Shown piece by piece: positions 49,147-60,098 of a DNA stretch of 64,000 nt (its first letter is position 1; each line of letters begins with the position of its first letter). The notes under the pieces were generated by a model that saw only the letters and a list, made by a program, of their open reading frames with translations, did not search any database and was not told where the DNA came from. Source of the DNA: an uncultured delta proteobacterium (GTDB taxonomy: Bacteria; Myxococcota_A; Polyangia; Polyangiales; Polyangiaceae); the NCBI GenBank assembly GCA_963806225.1, contig CAWDXG010000001.1:1344001-1408000 (forward strand). Reading direction: 5' to 3'. A program made the position numbers and the translations under genes.

Positions 49147-50226
49147 TCAGGGCGCGTCGCCGAGCTCGACCAGGTAGTCCACCTTCGCTGCCTGCTCGCC
49201 TCCCTGGATAGCGGGAGGTGAAGTGCGACCGGCCGCCGAGCTGTGGTCGATGACGAGGTAGTACATGCCCTTGGGCAGCGCGAGGTAGCGCTTCCAGACC
49301 TGTCCGGCGACCAGCGGCTCGTCCAGGAGCGGGCGCGCGCCGAGCGGCGATGCGCCGCCCTGTTTGACGTAGCGGTCGATCATCTGGTCGCCGACGCCCT
49401 TGGGCACCACGAAGACGTCGACCGCCGGCGCGCCGTCGAGCGTCATGGTGATGTACAGCGCCTGGCCGCTGTCGGGCACCTCGAAGCCGCCTACGTAGTC
49501 CTGCTGCCCGCCGTGCACCTCGGTGCGATCGTTGGCCAGCGTGACCTTGTCCGCGTTCTTGACCTGGAACGGCTTGAACGGCTTCTGTCCCTTGGGAATG
49601 ATGCCCAGGCCGAAATCGGTCTCGCCCTTGTCGTTCTCGCGGATCACCGTGAAGCCGCGCTGCAGTTGGCCCTGGACGATCTGTTTGCCCAGCCGATCCG
49701 GATCCAGCCCGGCGATGGCCATTCCGCCGCGGGCCAGCACCGACTCCACCATCAGCGTCTTGAACGAGGTGGCGTTCACCTTGCGCGGCCGGAAGTAGAT
49801 GTACATCGCGCCGTTGTCGGCCATCTGGAAGTCCGGCGCATACTCGATGAGGCCCGCGGCCGAGAAGCCGATACGCCCGCTCAGGTTGGTCCAGCCGTAG
49901 CCCTCGCCGGAGTACTGCACCACGAGCGACTGGCGCGAGGTGTTCTCCAGCACCTGCGAGCTGCAGCTCTTGGCGAAGAAACGGCCCAGTACGGGCTGGT
50001 CGTCGCTCAGCTTGAGCGGCGCGCCGCGGCGGGTCATCTCGAAGCAGAAGCGCCCCAGGCCGAACTTGAGGATGTCGAAGCGCAGCGACTTGTTGTGCGG
50101 GTTGTTGATCACACCGGGGCCGAGGACGGAGATCGCCCCGGCGCCCAGGGACTCCTTGCTCGGGCAGCCCGCGACGAGGAGCACGAGAGCGAGGATCGCG
50201 AACACGAACGGGAAACGGGCGCGCAT
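49147..50226 (-). CDS. Hypothetical lipoprotein
   Basis: Lipobox VAGC, host-like codon usage. Confidence 0.75.
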   Translation of the reverse strand: MRARFPFVFAILALVLLVAGCPSKESLGAGAISVLGPGVINNPHNKSLRFDILKFGLGRFCFEMTRRGAPLKLSDDQPVLGRFFAKSCSSQVLENTSRQSLVVQYSGEGYGWTNLSGRIGFSAAGLIEYAPDFQMADNGAMYIYFRPRKVNATSFKTLMVESVLARGGMAIAGLDPDRLGKQIVQGQLQRGFTVIRENDKGETDFGLGIIPKGQKPFKPFQVKNADKVTLANDRTEVHGGQQDYVGGFEVPDSGQALYITMTLDGAPAVDVFVVPKGVGDQMIDRYVKQGGASPLGARPLLDEPLVAGQVWKRYLALPKGMYYLVIDHSSAAGRTSPPAIQGGEQAAKVDYLVELGDAP

Positions 50227-50311
50227 GCCGAGGGAGCATAGCCCGACGTCGCGCGCCGCTGTCGCCTCGAAGTTGACACTGGGCCGCTCAGGGCGTTGAG
50301 TTCCGGCCGAA

Positions 50312-51316
50312 ATGGCTCACGTCGCGGTGGTAGGTGCCGGGGCCTGGGGCACGGCTCTTGCCAGGCTCCTGGCCGAGCAGGGCGAGCGGGTCGAGCTATG
50401 GAGCTGGCAGTCTGATCACGCCGCCACGATGGAGCGCGCGCGGGAGAACGCCGAGTTCCTGCCGGGCTTCACGCTTCCCGATGGGGTGCATGTCACCAGC
50501 GACATCCTGTCGGCGCTGGGCGGCGCCGATCTGGTCGTGCTGGTCGTTCCGTCCCATGCCTTCCGCGAGACGCTGCTCGGGATGCGCGACTCGCTGCCCT
50601 CAGGGGCAGCGCTGGTGACCGCGACGAAGGGCATCGAGAACGACACGCTCATGCTCATGAGCGAGATCATCGTCGACGTGCTGGGCGACGCCGCGGCGGC
50701 GCGCACGATCTGCCTGTCGGGGCCGAGCTTCGCCAAGGAAGTCGCCGCGGGCATGCCCACCAACGTCGTCGTGGCGTCGGAGAACCACGCGCTAGCGGTG
50801 GACGTGCAGAAGCGCTTCGCGACGGAGCGCTTGCGCGTCTACTCGAGCGACGACCCGGTCGGCGTGGAAGTCGGCGGGGCGCTCAAGAACGTGATCGCAA
50901 TCGCTGCGGGGGCGTGCGACGGGCTCGGATTCGGCCACAACACACGCGCCGCGCTGATCACCCGCGGCCTGGTGGAGTTGACGCGGCTGGCGGTGGCCAA
51001 GGGCGCCGAGCCAAAGACACTGGCGGGGCTCGCCGGAATGGGCGATCTGGTGCTCACCTGCACCGGCGACCTGTCGCGCAATCGCACCGTCGGCTACCGC
51101 ATTGCCCAGGGCCAGCCGCTCAGCGAGGTGCTGGCGCGGCTCGGGCACGTCGCCGAGGGCGTGCGCACGGCCCAGAGCGCCTATTTCCTCGCCGAACGCC
51201 TCGGAGTCGAGCTCCCCATCTGCAACGAGGTGTATCGGGTACTCTACGAGCACAAGACGCCGCTCGCGGCCGTGCAGGACGTGCTCACACGTCCACTCAA
51301 GAAGGAATGGGAATGA
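50312..51316 (+). CDS. gpsA: NAD(P)H-dependent glycerol-3-phosphate dehydrogenase
   Basis: GAGAWGTA, TKGIE, SGPSFA, GGALKNVIAIA, GDLVLTCTGDLSRN. Confidence 0.97.
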   Translation: MAHVAVVGAGAWGTALARLLAEQGERVELWSWQSDHAATMERARENAEFLPGFTLPDGVHVTSDILSALGGADLVVLVVPSHAFRETLLGMRDSLPSGAALVTATKGIENDTLMLMSEIIVDVLGDAAAARTICLSGPSFAKEVAAGMPTNVVVASENHALAVDVQKRFATERLRVYSSDDPVGVEVGGALKNVIAIAAGACDGLGFGHNTRAALITRGLVELTRLAVAKGAEPKTLAGLAGMGDLVLTCTGDLSRNRTVGYRIAQGQPLSEVLARLGHVAEGVRTAQSAYFLAERLGVELPICNEVYRVLYEHKTPLAAVQDVLTRPLKKEWE

Positions 51317-52464
51317 AACGCCTGCTGGGGATCCTGTCCGGTGCTGCTGCTCTGCTGGTCGCGGTAGGTGCGTCGGCGCAGGCCCCGCCGCCGGGCTACG
51401 GTCAGCCCGCGCCCGGCTACGGCCAGCCCGCGCCCGGCTACGGCCAGCCCGCGCCCGGCTACGGCCAGCCCGCGCCCGGCTACGGCCAGCCCGCGCCCGG
51501 CTACGGCCAGCCCGCGCCCGGCTACGGCCAGCCCGCGCCCGGCTACGGCTACCAGCAGCCCTATCCGGCGCCGACCCGCTCCACGAAACGCACCAACCTC
51601 GAGATGGGTATGCTCTACGGCGTGTCGGCGGCCTACGGCGTCGGGCTCGGGATCTGGTTCGACGCGGAGGTCGGGATCAAGGATCCCGGCGTCGCGCTCA
51701 TCACGCCGGCCATCCTGGGCGTGGGCGCGCCGGTCGGCGCGTACTTCCTCGACGAGCCGGAGATGCCGCGCGGCATGCCGGCGTCGATCGCCGCGGGACT
51801 CGCCCTCGGCGCGGGCGAAGGCATCGGTATCGCCAGCTACCAGTTCGTCACAGCGGACAAGGCGCATGCGTGGGGTTTCCGCGGGCTGTCGCGCGCGACA
51901 GCGCTCGGCGCCACGCTCGGCGGCATCGGTGGCTACGCGCTCGGCTACTTCCAGGCGCCGGAACCACAGAGCAGCGTGCTGGTGTCGAGCAGCGCGATGT
52001 GGGGGACCGCCATCGGAGCGATGTTCGGCTACGGCGCGTCCGCCAAGGGGATCGGCTACGGCCTGGCCAACGACAGCGCGGGTCTCGGCGGGCTGATCGG
52101 CTACAACGTCGGCATGGTCGCAGCCGCGGCCGTGTCGCTGGTGTACGTGCCGGGCTGGAGCCAGCTTGGCTGGATGTGGGGTGGAGCCGGGATCGGCGCA
52201 GCCGTGTCGCTGCCGGTGTTCCTGTTCTATGCCGGCGACAGCACGCCGCCTGCCAAGCGCGGCCTCTTGTTCACCGCGACGGCGACCACACTCGGGCTCG
52301 CGGCGGGAGCGGTGTTCGCGTCCGGGGCGGCGGGCGATTACCAGGTCGGCCAGAGCCAGGGCGACGAGACCTCCGGCGCTCCGGTCTTCGCCCGGCTGAC
52401 GACGATCACGCCGATGGCGGTGCCCGGTGGCGCGGGCATCCAGCTCGGTGGCCTGCTTTATTGA
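51313..52464 (+). CDS. Gly-rich membrane protein with GYGQPAP repeats
   Basis: Signal peptide, heptapeptide repeats, many Gly-zipper-like hydrophobic segments. ATGA overlap with gpsA. Confidence 0.75.
   Translation: MKRLLGILSGAAALLVAVGASAQAPPPGYGQPAPGYGQPAPGYGQPAPGYGQPAPGYGQPAPGYGQPAPGYGQPAPGYGYQQPYPAPTRSTKRTNLEMGMLYGVSAAYGVGLGIWFDAEVGIKDPGVALITPAILGVGAPVGAYFLDEPEMPRGMPASIAAGLALGAGEGIGIASYQFVTADKAHAWGFRGLSRATALGATLGGIGGYALGYFQAPEPQSSVLVSSSAMWGTAIGAMFGYGASAKGIGYGLANDSAGLGGLIGYNVGMVAAAAVSLVYVPGWSQLGWMWGGAGIGAAVSLPVFLFYAGDSTPPAKRGLLFTATATTLGLAAGAVFASGAAGDYQVGQSQGDETSGAPVFARLTTITPMAVPGGAGIQLGGLLY
51394..51549 (+). repeat. 21-bp tandem repeat (7 copies plus partial) encoding GYGQPAP
   Basis: GGCTACGG(C/T)CAGCCCGCGCCC units. 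Confidence 0.95.
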
Positions 52465-52530
52465 GCCGTTCCACCGCCCTGCCAACACTTGCTCCAGCGC
52501 CCGGCCGGTTCTGCTAGGCTTTTCGCACGC

Positions 52531-54387
<1,857 letters not shown>

Positions 54388-54467
54388 GTGAGCGACGGCG
54401 CCCGCGGTCCATGCTTGCCCGGGCTCCCGCCGCGGGCAGCGATTGGCCGCCTACGCAGCGGTTGCGT

Positions 54468-54484
54468 CTGGCTCGCGGCTTGCA
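54468..54484 (+). promoter_or_regulatory. Putative sigma54 promoter
   Basis: CTGGCTCGCGGCTTGCA = GG-N10-GC with TTGCA. Confidence 0.6.
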
Positions 54485-54677
54485 CCCCCGGGGGCGCCAT
54501 GCGCTGTGTTGCTGCCGCGAGTACTGCAGGAACTGCGGCATATGCGCTTTCGAGGGCGGGATGTCTCCCGGAGCCGACGCAATCGCTGCGCGATGATCGG
54601 GCGCTCGCGCAGGGTATGCGGGGGCAATGCCACCTTCACCGGTCCGTCCCTGCCGGCCCGTCCCCGGAACAACGCCG

Positions 54678-55454
54678 ATGAACAGTGCGCGAAACGACGA
54701 CATCGGCCGATTGGCAGTGCGGGTGCGCCGGACGGAGCAGGGCGATGGCGAGGCGATCCTCGACCTCAGCGTGTTCTGCCCACTGCGCGGGCATACGATG
54801 TCGTTGGATGACTGCAGCAGCTGCGAGCGATGCGAGGGGCTCACGCTCGAGTCCGGTACCAACCGGGCGTTTCTGCGCTGCCATTGCCGGCCCCAGCCGG
54901 AGGAGGGAGGGACGGTGGACAGCCGTCACCGTGATGGAGCTCGCTCATCGGCGAAGCAGACCCTGATCTCGGAGATCATGACCGCGGACGTGGTCTGCGT
55001 CTCGCCGGATCTGGCGGTCGAAGCGCTGACGGCGATGTTCCTCGAGCGGAACATCAGCGGCGCGCCGGTGGTCGACGACACAGGTCGCCCGGTAGGAGTC
55101 GTCAGCAAGACCGATCTGATCCGCGAGCAGCAGGATGCGGGCGACGACCAGGAAACCGAGCGGCTGGTGATCCGCCGCCAGGGCTACGAGGTGGAGCTCG
55201 GGCCCGGCTTCCACGCGGAGCGCATCACGCGGGCCACGGTGGGCGAGATCATGATGCCCATCGCGTTCACGCTGCCCGAGACGGCATCGGTGTCGCGCGC
55301 CGCGGCGCTGATGGCGCTCGAAGGCGTGCACCGTCTTCCGGTGATCAGCGAGGAAGGCAAGGTGGTCGGCATCCTGTCGGCCATGGACATCCTGCGCTGG
55401 CTCGCGGAAACCGAGGGCTATCTGGTCCCGCGCGGCCGCGCGTCGGGAGAGTAG
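54678..55454 (+). CDS. CBS-pair protein with N-terminal Cys-rich domain
   Basis: CP...CSSCERC...CHC, then ISGAPVVD, VGVVSKTDL, HRLPV. Confidence 0.82.
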   Translation: MNSARNDDIGRLAVRVRRTEQGDGEAILDLSVFCPLRGHTMSLDDCSSCERCEGLTLESGTNRAFLRCHCRPQPEEGGTVDSRHRDGARSSAKQTLISEIMTADVVCVSPDLAVEALTAMFLERNISGAPVVDDTGRPVGVVSKTDLIREQQDAGDDQETERLVIRRQGYEVELGPGFHAERITRATVGEIMMPIAFTLPETASVSRAAALMALEGVHRLPVISEEGKVVGILSAMDILRWLAETEGYLVPRGRASGE

Positions 55455-55469
55455 GGCCGCGCGGCGGAG

Positions 55470-55844
55470 TCACAGATTGCACGGGTCGATGTGGCACTCG
55501 AGGGGCTGACCCGGGTTCGCACAGCAACCCTCGCGCGGGTCCTGGCAGCCGCCGTCCAGCGTGCCGCAGACGCAGTGGCCGTGGCCGTCGTCCCCTCCAA
55601 GGCAGCAGAAGCCGCCGACGCACGTCGCCGCGATCCCGAAGTACGGCTCGCAATCGTTTGACAGCTTGCATGGGTACTGGCGCAAGCCGGCCTCCGCTTC
55701 CGCGGCTCCGTCGTCGGTCCCGCCCGCGTCGGCGGGGCTCACTTCTGCGCCCGCATCGACGGGCGCGGCCTCGCTGACCTGCCTGCTGCCACAGGCCGCG
55801 CACGCGACCATCAGCAGCGCTACTTGAAGCAATCGGTATGACAT
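55470..55844 (-). CDS. Small Cys-rich lipoprotein
   Basis: ACAAC lipobox, DAG linker, CxxxxxC...CC repeats. Confidence 0.65.
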   Translation of the reverse strand: MSYRLLQVALLMVACAACGSRQVSEAAPVDAGAEVSPADAGGTDDGAAEAEAGLRQYPCKLSNDCEPYFGIAATCVGGFCCLGGDDGHGHCVCGTLDGGCQDPREGCCANPGQPLECHIDPCNL

Positions 55845-56203
55845 CCTGGATATCCCGTTTTGTCGGCGCAGCAGTGCTGGCCCGAGGTACAGCCCAGGTG
55901 CTCGCCGCAGAAACATCCCGCGTCATGGGTCACGAACCCGATGCAGCAGCGCCCGCCAAAGCAGATCCCGTCGAAATATGGGCTGCATTCGGGGAATTCG
56001 CTGCACGGGCCGCTCTCCGGTGTCCACCACCCGCCCGCCGCGGCATCCGCGCCGGCGTCGGCTGGAGCTGCCTCCGCGGAAACGTCGTGCCCGGCGTCGC
56101 GGGGCGCGCCGCCATGGTCCGGTACGCCGACGACTCCACCACAGCCCACCACCGTGACGAGGAAGAGCGCCAACGCGAGGTCACCAGACCGTTGCCTGGA
56201 CAT
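55820..56203 (-). CDS. Small Cys-rich lipoprotein, paralog of its neighbour
   Basis: VVGC lipobox and a shared CxPYF...C.GG.CC.G...C.CG...GC...CC pattern. Confidence 0.65.
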   Translation of the reverse strand: MSRQRSGDLALALFLVTVVGCGGVVGVPDHGGAPRDAGHDVSAEAAPADAGADAAAGGWWTPESGPCSEFPECSPYFDGICFGGRCCIGFVTHDAGCFCGEHLGCTSGQHCCADKTGYPGCHTDCFK

Positions 56204-57761
56204 GCAAGTCGTTTCCGGGCGACACACAGCCCCCACGACTGTCGGCCCACGCTGAGACAGTCAAGCTCGGGATCGGCAGTCTAACGCTGCCAATGTAGTC
56301 ACCATAGCGATTGTTGTCGTAGGGGCAGGGAAGGTAGGTCGACTCCCGCGGATTCGTGAACGGATCCGCCAAGGCCAACGAAACTACCCCGGCCCACTTC
56401 GCGTCGCCATCGGGATCGAGACCGCCGAGGACTCCCTCGGGCTCCAGTCCTACACCTTCGCCACGGTTCTCGTAGAACGTGACCGAGACGCCCTGGTTGT
56501 TGCGATCGGCCACGACGGACGGCTGCAGCAGGTCGCCACTATGCAGCCCCTTGAAAGTCTTGTAGCGCCACCCGGTTTCCGGCGTACACCGGTGGGCTTC
56601 AGTGTCGTCGCAGTCTGCGACGACTACATCCTGTTCGCCGGCATCGGCTTTCTCGGCATAGGTGATCCACAGATGCGTTCCTGTCGGCCGGCGGGTGATG
56701 TCGAAGCTCATGGGCACCACATCCAGGATCGTGCGGGTCGCGTCGCCCGATTTCCAGCTCCAGATCGTATTCGTCGTCGTGAACCTGGAAAACACCAACG
56801 AGGTGGATGCGTCGGACACCGTTGTCCGTACGATTCTCCAAGCGCGGTCCCCCGTATCCAGGTAGGGCTTGTTCTGGTCGAACCCCTGCCTCTGGTAGGC
56901 GACGAACAGATTCCCGGTGCCTTCGTGCGAGATCTTCACAATGGGGTTCGTGACCATCGAAATCGGGCTGCCTACGTCCAGCAGGCGCGTCGTCCACGAC
57001 TGGTCCGCGGCGCCCTGGTCGGAGAAGAGGCTGAAAGCCTTGCTCAGCGCGATGTCGAACTGGACGTTCGAGGGGCCTAGCTTCCGCTTGAGCCTGGACG
57101 CGACGGCGGCGATCTGGATCGCACCACTTCCGAAGGGTACGGTCCCGAGATCAACGGAGGGCTTGTCGAACGTCGCAATCCCGGCGCCGCCCGGTGCGTC
57201 CGCTGCTACGTCGGGAGCCCGCGCAATGATCCGCCAGGGCGAGAACTCCTGGTTCCCGATGGATTCGGTGAGCGCCAGCGCGTCGGGGGACCCACCCCGG
57301 TAGCCGACCACCGTATAGATCAGCGTTGGTCCGTCGCTTGCGAGCCACGGGTCGCCGCCTGTCCACGAGAGATCCGGATCCACCGACGTGTACGGAAGCG
57401 ATTTGTAGTGCCAGCTCGAACCGAGATCGTTACTCCAGGAAGTCGCCTCGAGGTTGTGGAAGTCCGGGTCCCCCGCCAGAACCGCACTCTCCTCGGTCAG
57501 GTCGTTGTAGGCGATCCAGATGCGCCGATGATTCGTGGCGCTGGTATCCGGAGTCGTTGCCAGACTCGGTTCGGTTTGAGCGTAGCTCCGCTCACCCGCG
57601 CGCTTCCGGCGGCCACGTCGAGGTGGAGCCGTCCCGCCGCGAGCGCTCGCGACTGTGCGGCGGAAAGCAGCCCGGGACGGTACGCCGGCGCTTCGTGGAG
57701 CCCGTGCGCGACAATCGGGCCGAGCGGATCGACGCCGATGAATGCGTGTCTGTGCCGGCAC
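56181..57761 (-). CDS. Sialidase/BNR-like beta-propeller protein; N-terminus doubtful
   Basis: Asp-box SNDLGSSW, EPSLA, GDPWL, DKP, YGDYIG. The first about 60 aa look non-coding and the DNA is less GC-biased. Confidence 0.6.
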   Translation of the reverse strand: MPAQTRIHRRRSARPDCRARAPRSAGVPSRAAFRRTVASARGGTAPPRRGRRKRAGERSYAQTEPSLATTPDTSATNHRRIWIAYNDLTEESAVLAGDPDFHNLEATSWSNDLGSSWHYKSLPYTSVDPDLSWTGGDPWLASDGPTLIYTVVGYRGGSPDALALTESIGNQEFSPWRIIARAPDVAADAPGGAGIATFDKPSVDLGTVPFGSGAIQIAAVASRLKRKLGPSNVQFDIALSKAFSLFSDQGAADQSWTTRLLDVGSPISMVTNPIVKISHEGTGNLFVAYQRQGFDQNKPYLDTGDRAWRIVRTTVSDASTSLVFSRFTTTNTIWSWKSGDATRTILDVVPMSFDITRRPTGTHLWITYAEKADAGEQDVVVADCDDTEAHRCTPETGWRYKTFKGLHSGDLLQPSVVADRNNQGVSVTFYENRGEGVGLEPEGVLGGLDPDGDAKWAGVVSLALADPFTNPRESTYLPCPYDNNRYGDYIGSVRLPIPSLTVSAWADSRGGCVSPGNDLHVQATVW

Positions 57762-58030
57762 CGCACCCAGGCTCCGTCGTGGCTTCCTTTGTCGGCGGTC
57801 GTGTCGCGTGCGGCGTTCAGCACGGGCTGGGACGCCGGGGCCGTGCGCTCCGCGATCGGCGGGTCACCGGCACGCTGGGTGCAGGACAGCAGTCTCTGGT
57901 CGATTCCATGTTTGCCGCCATTGATGGATACCAAGATTCCGTGTGGCAACAACCGCCCGCGAAACAGGACGCTTGGCTGCCCGGCGGCGCCCATGTGCGT
58001 CGCAACGTCGAGCGCGGGGACGAGGCGCGC

Positions 58031-58220
58031 GTCGGGCGTTGCCCAGGGCGAGGGGTCCGTCACGTCGAGCGGGCAGTCGGCGGGCGCCGTGGTCAGGCTG
58101 ACCTGGGTCGCGATGGCGCTGCCCGCTCCAAGCACGCTTGCCGTGAACAGCTGGAACTTGAAGATCCCCGTCACGCGATCGCTCGACCACCAGGCGCGTC
58201 CCGACGCGCCCGCGAGGGCC
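58031..58220 (-). pseudogene. Fragment homologous to part of the gene at 60099-61280
   Basis: Ungapped alignment to 60351-60540, with 28 mismatches counted in the first 170 nt, mostly at third codon positions. Confidence 0.8.
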
Positions 58221-58290
58221 TGGCGGGGGCGCCCATGTGCAGGAAGAAGCGCCCGCCCAGGCGTCGCAGCAGGGCGACCCCTGGATCGCT

Positions 58291-59922
58291 CTACACGCTG
58301 ATCGCGCCCTTGCGGAAGTCGCTGCCGGCGATCTTCACGTTGACGCAGGCGGGCACCTTGCTGTCGAACGCGGCGTCGAGCGCCGGGCCGAGCTCGTCGA
58401 TCTTCTCGACCCAGAAGCCCTTGCCGCCGACGGCTTCGACCACCTTGTCGTAGCGCGTGTAGTCGAGGGACGTCGCGACGGCGCGATCCTCGCCGTACAT
58501 GCTGATCTGGCCGCGGCGGATCTGCGTCCAGCTGGCATCGTTGCCAATCACGGCCACGACCGGCAGGCCCTGTCGGGCCATGGCCTCGAACTCGAGGCCG
58601 TGCAGTCCGAAGGAGCCGTCGCCGTACATGATGACGGTGCGTGCGTCGGGGCGCGTGAGCGCCGCCGCCATGGCGTAACCGGGTCCGATGCCGAGCGTGC
58701 CGAGCGGGCCCGGATCCATCCACAGCTGCGGCCACTCGAGCGGGATGACGTACGCGGCCGTCGCGACGAAGTCTCCGCCGTCGCCGATCACGATGTCGTT
58801 CCTGCCCAGGCGCTTGCCCACCTCGTGGCAGACACGCAGCGGATTCGGCGGGCTGTCGTTGTTCTCGATCTCGGCGGACATCTTCGCGCGGCGCTTGGTC
58901 TCCGCCTCGCGCAGCGACGCGAGCCACTCCGGGGCCTTTTTCGAGCCGACGGCTTCCAGCAGCTGCTCGAGCACCAGCCCGCTGTCGCCGTGGATCGCAA
59001 CGTCGACCGAGCGGTTGCGCCCGAGCTCGCCGCCGTCCAGATCGACCTGCACGATCTTCGCGTCGGGATTCCAGGTGCCGGGGCGGCCGTAGTCCACGCG
59101 GAAATCGAAGGGCGTGCCGAATACGAAGATGACGTCGCTCTCTTTGAGCGCCTGCCGGCGGGAGCGCGTGAACAGCCCGGGGTGCTTGTAGGGCAGGGCG
59201 CCACGCGCCATGCCGTTCAGGAAGAACGGCGCCTCGACCTTGTCGGCGAAGCTCTGCACGATCTCGCGTCGCTCGGACCAGCGGATCTGCGCGCCGATGA
59301 TGAAGCTCGGCCGCTCCGCCTTTTTCAGCAGGTCCGCCGCCCGCACGATGCTGTTCGGGTCGCCCGCAGGTCGCGGCGGCGGCGCAATGGGCGAGGTGAG
59401 CGGCTGCTCGTCCTCGGCGTAGTTCATCAGCAGGTCGAGCGGCATCTCCAGGTACACCGGTCCGGGCAGGTTCGACTGCGCCACGCGGAAGGCGGCGTCG
59501 ATGTACTCCTTGATGCGCCGGGCCTCCGGAACCTGCACGCTCCACTTGGTGATTGGACGCATCAGCGTGACCGAGTCCATGTCCTGCAGCGAGCCCATGT
59601 CGCACAGCGCTTTGGGGCCCGCGCCGCCGATGCACACCATCGGCACGCCCGCGCGCTGCGCGTTGGCCACGGCCGTCACCACGTCCGTGATGCCCGGACC
59701 CGCCGTCACGAGACACACGCCCGGCCTGCCCGTGACGCGCGCGTAGCCGTCCGCGGCATGCCCGGAGGTCTGCTCGTGCCGCGTGTCGACGACTCGGATG
59801 TCCTCGTCGATGCAGCCGTCGTAGATGGCCTGGATGTGGCCGCCGCAGAGCGTGAAGACGTGGGTGATGCCGTGTCGCTTGAGCGCCTGTGCCACCAGGC
59901 GTCCGCCGTGAACCTGTGCCAT
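58291..59922 (-). CDS. ThDP-dependent acetolactate-synthase-like enzyme (ILVBL / 2-hydroxyacyl-CoA lyase-like)
   Basis: TLCGGHI, RHEQ, TAGPG, GDGSFG...GND. No small subunit nearby. Confidence 0.88.
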   Translation of the reverse strand: MAQVHGGRLVAQALKRHGITHVFTLCGGHIQAIYDGCIDEDIRVVDTRHEQTSGHAADGYARVTGRPGVCLVTAGPGITDVVTAVANAQRAGVPMVCIGGAGPKALCDMGSLQDMDSVTLMRPITKWSVQVPEARRIKEYIDAAFRVAQSNLPGPVYLEMPLDLLMNYAEDEQPLTSPIAPPPRPAGDPNSIVRAADLLKKAERPSFIIGAQIRWSERREIVQSFADKVEAPFFLNGMARGALPYKHPGLFTRSRRQALKESDVIFVFGTPFDFRVDYGRPGTWNPDAKIVQVDLDGGELGRNRSVDVAIHGDSGLVLEQLLEAVGSKKAPEWLASLREAETKRRAKMSAEIENNDSPPNPLRVCHEVGKRLGRNDIVIGDGGDFVATAAYVIPLEWPQLWMDPGPLGTLGIGPGYAMAAALTRPDARTVIMYGDGSFGLHGLEFEAMARQGLPVVAVIGNDASWTQIRRGQISMYGEDRAVATSLDYTRYDKVVEAVGGKGFWVEKIDELGPALDAAFDSKVPACVNVKIAGSDFRKGAISV

Positions 59923-60098
59923 GGCCGGGACCCTACCACTACTGCGGCATATTTCAGCCGCCCGCCTTCAGCCCTGGAAGAGGAGGCGAGCGACGGCGAG
60001 CCCGCGACGAGCGGAGCGAGTCGCGTCGGGGTGCTCGAGGGGCGGTGAGCCCCCTCGAGGAGGAGTCCGGTGGGGGGGGTGGAGACCGGCGCCGACGT

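Noticed and set aside
50273..50302. sigma70 promoter for gpsA (TTGACA)
   Set aside because: The -35 is perfect but there is no convincing -10 at 16-18 nt spacing.
58291..59922. Biosynthetic ilvB
   Set aside because: No ilvN/ilvC neighbours, and the TLCGGHI motif fits the ILVBL/HACL-like group better, so no symbol was assigned.
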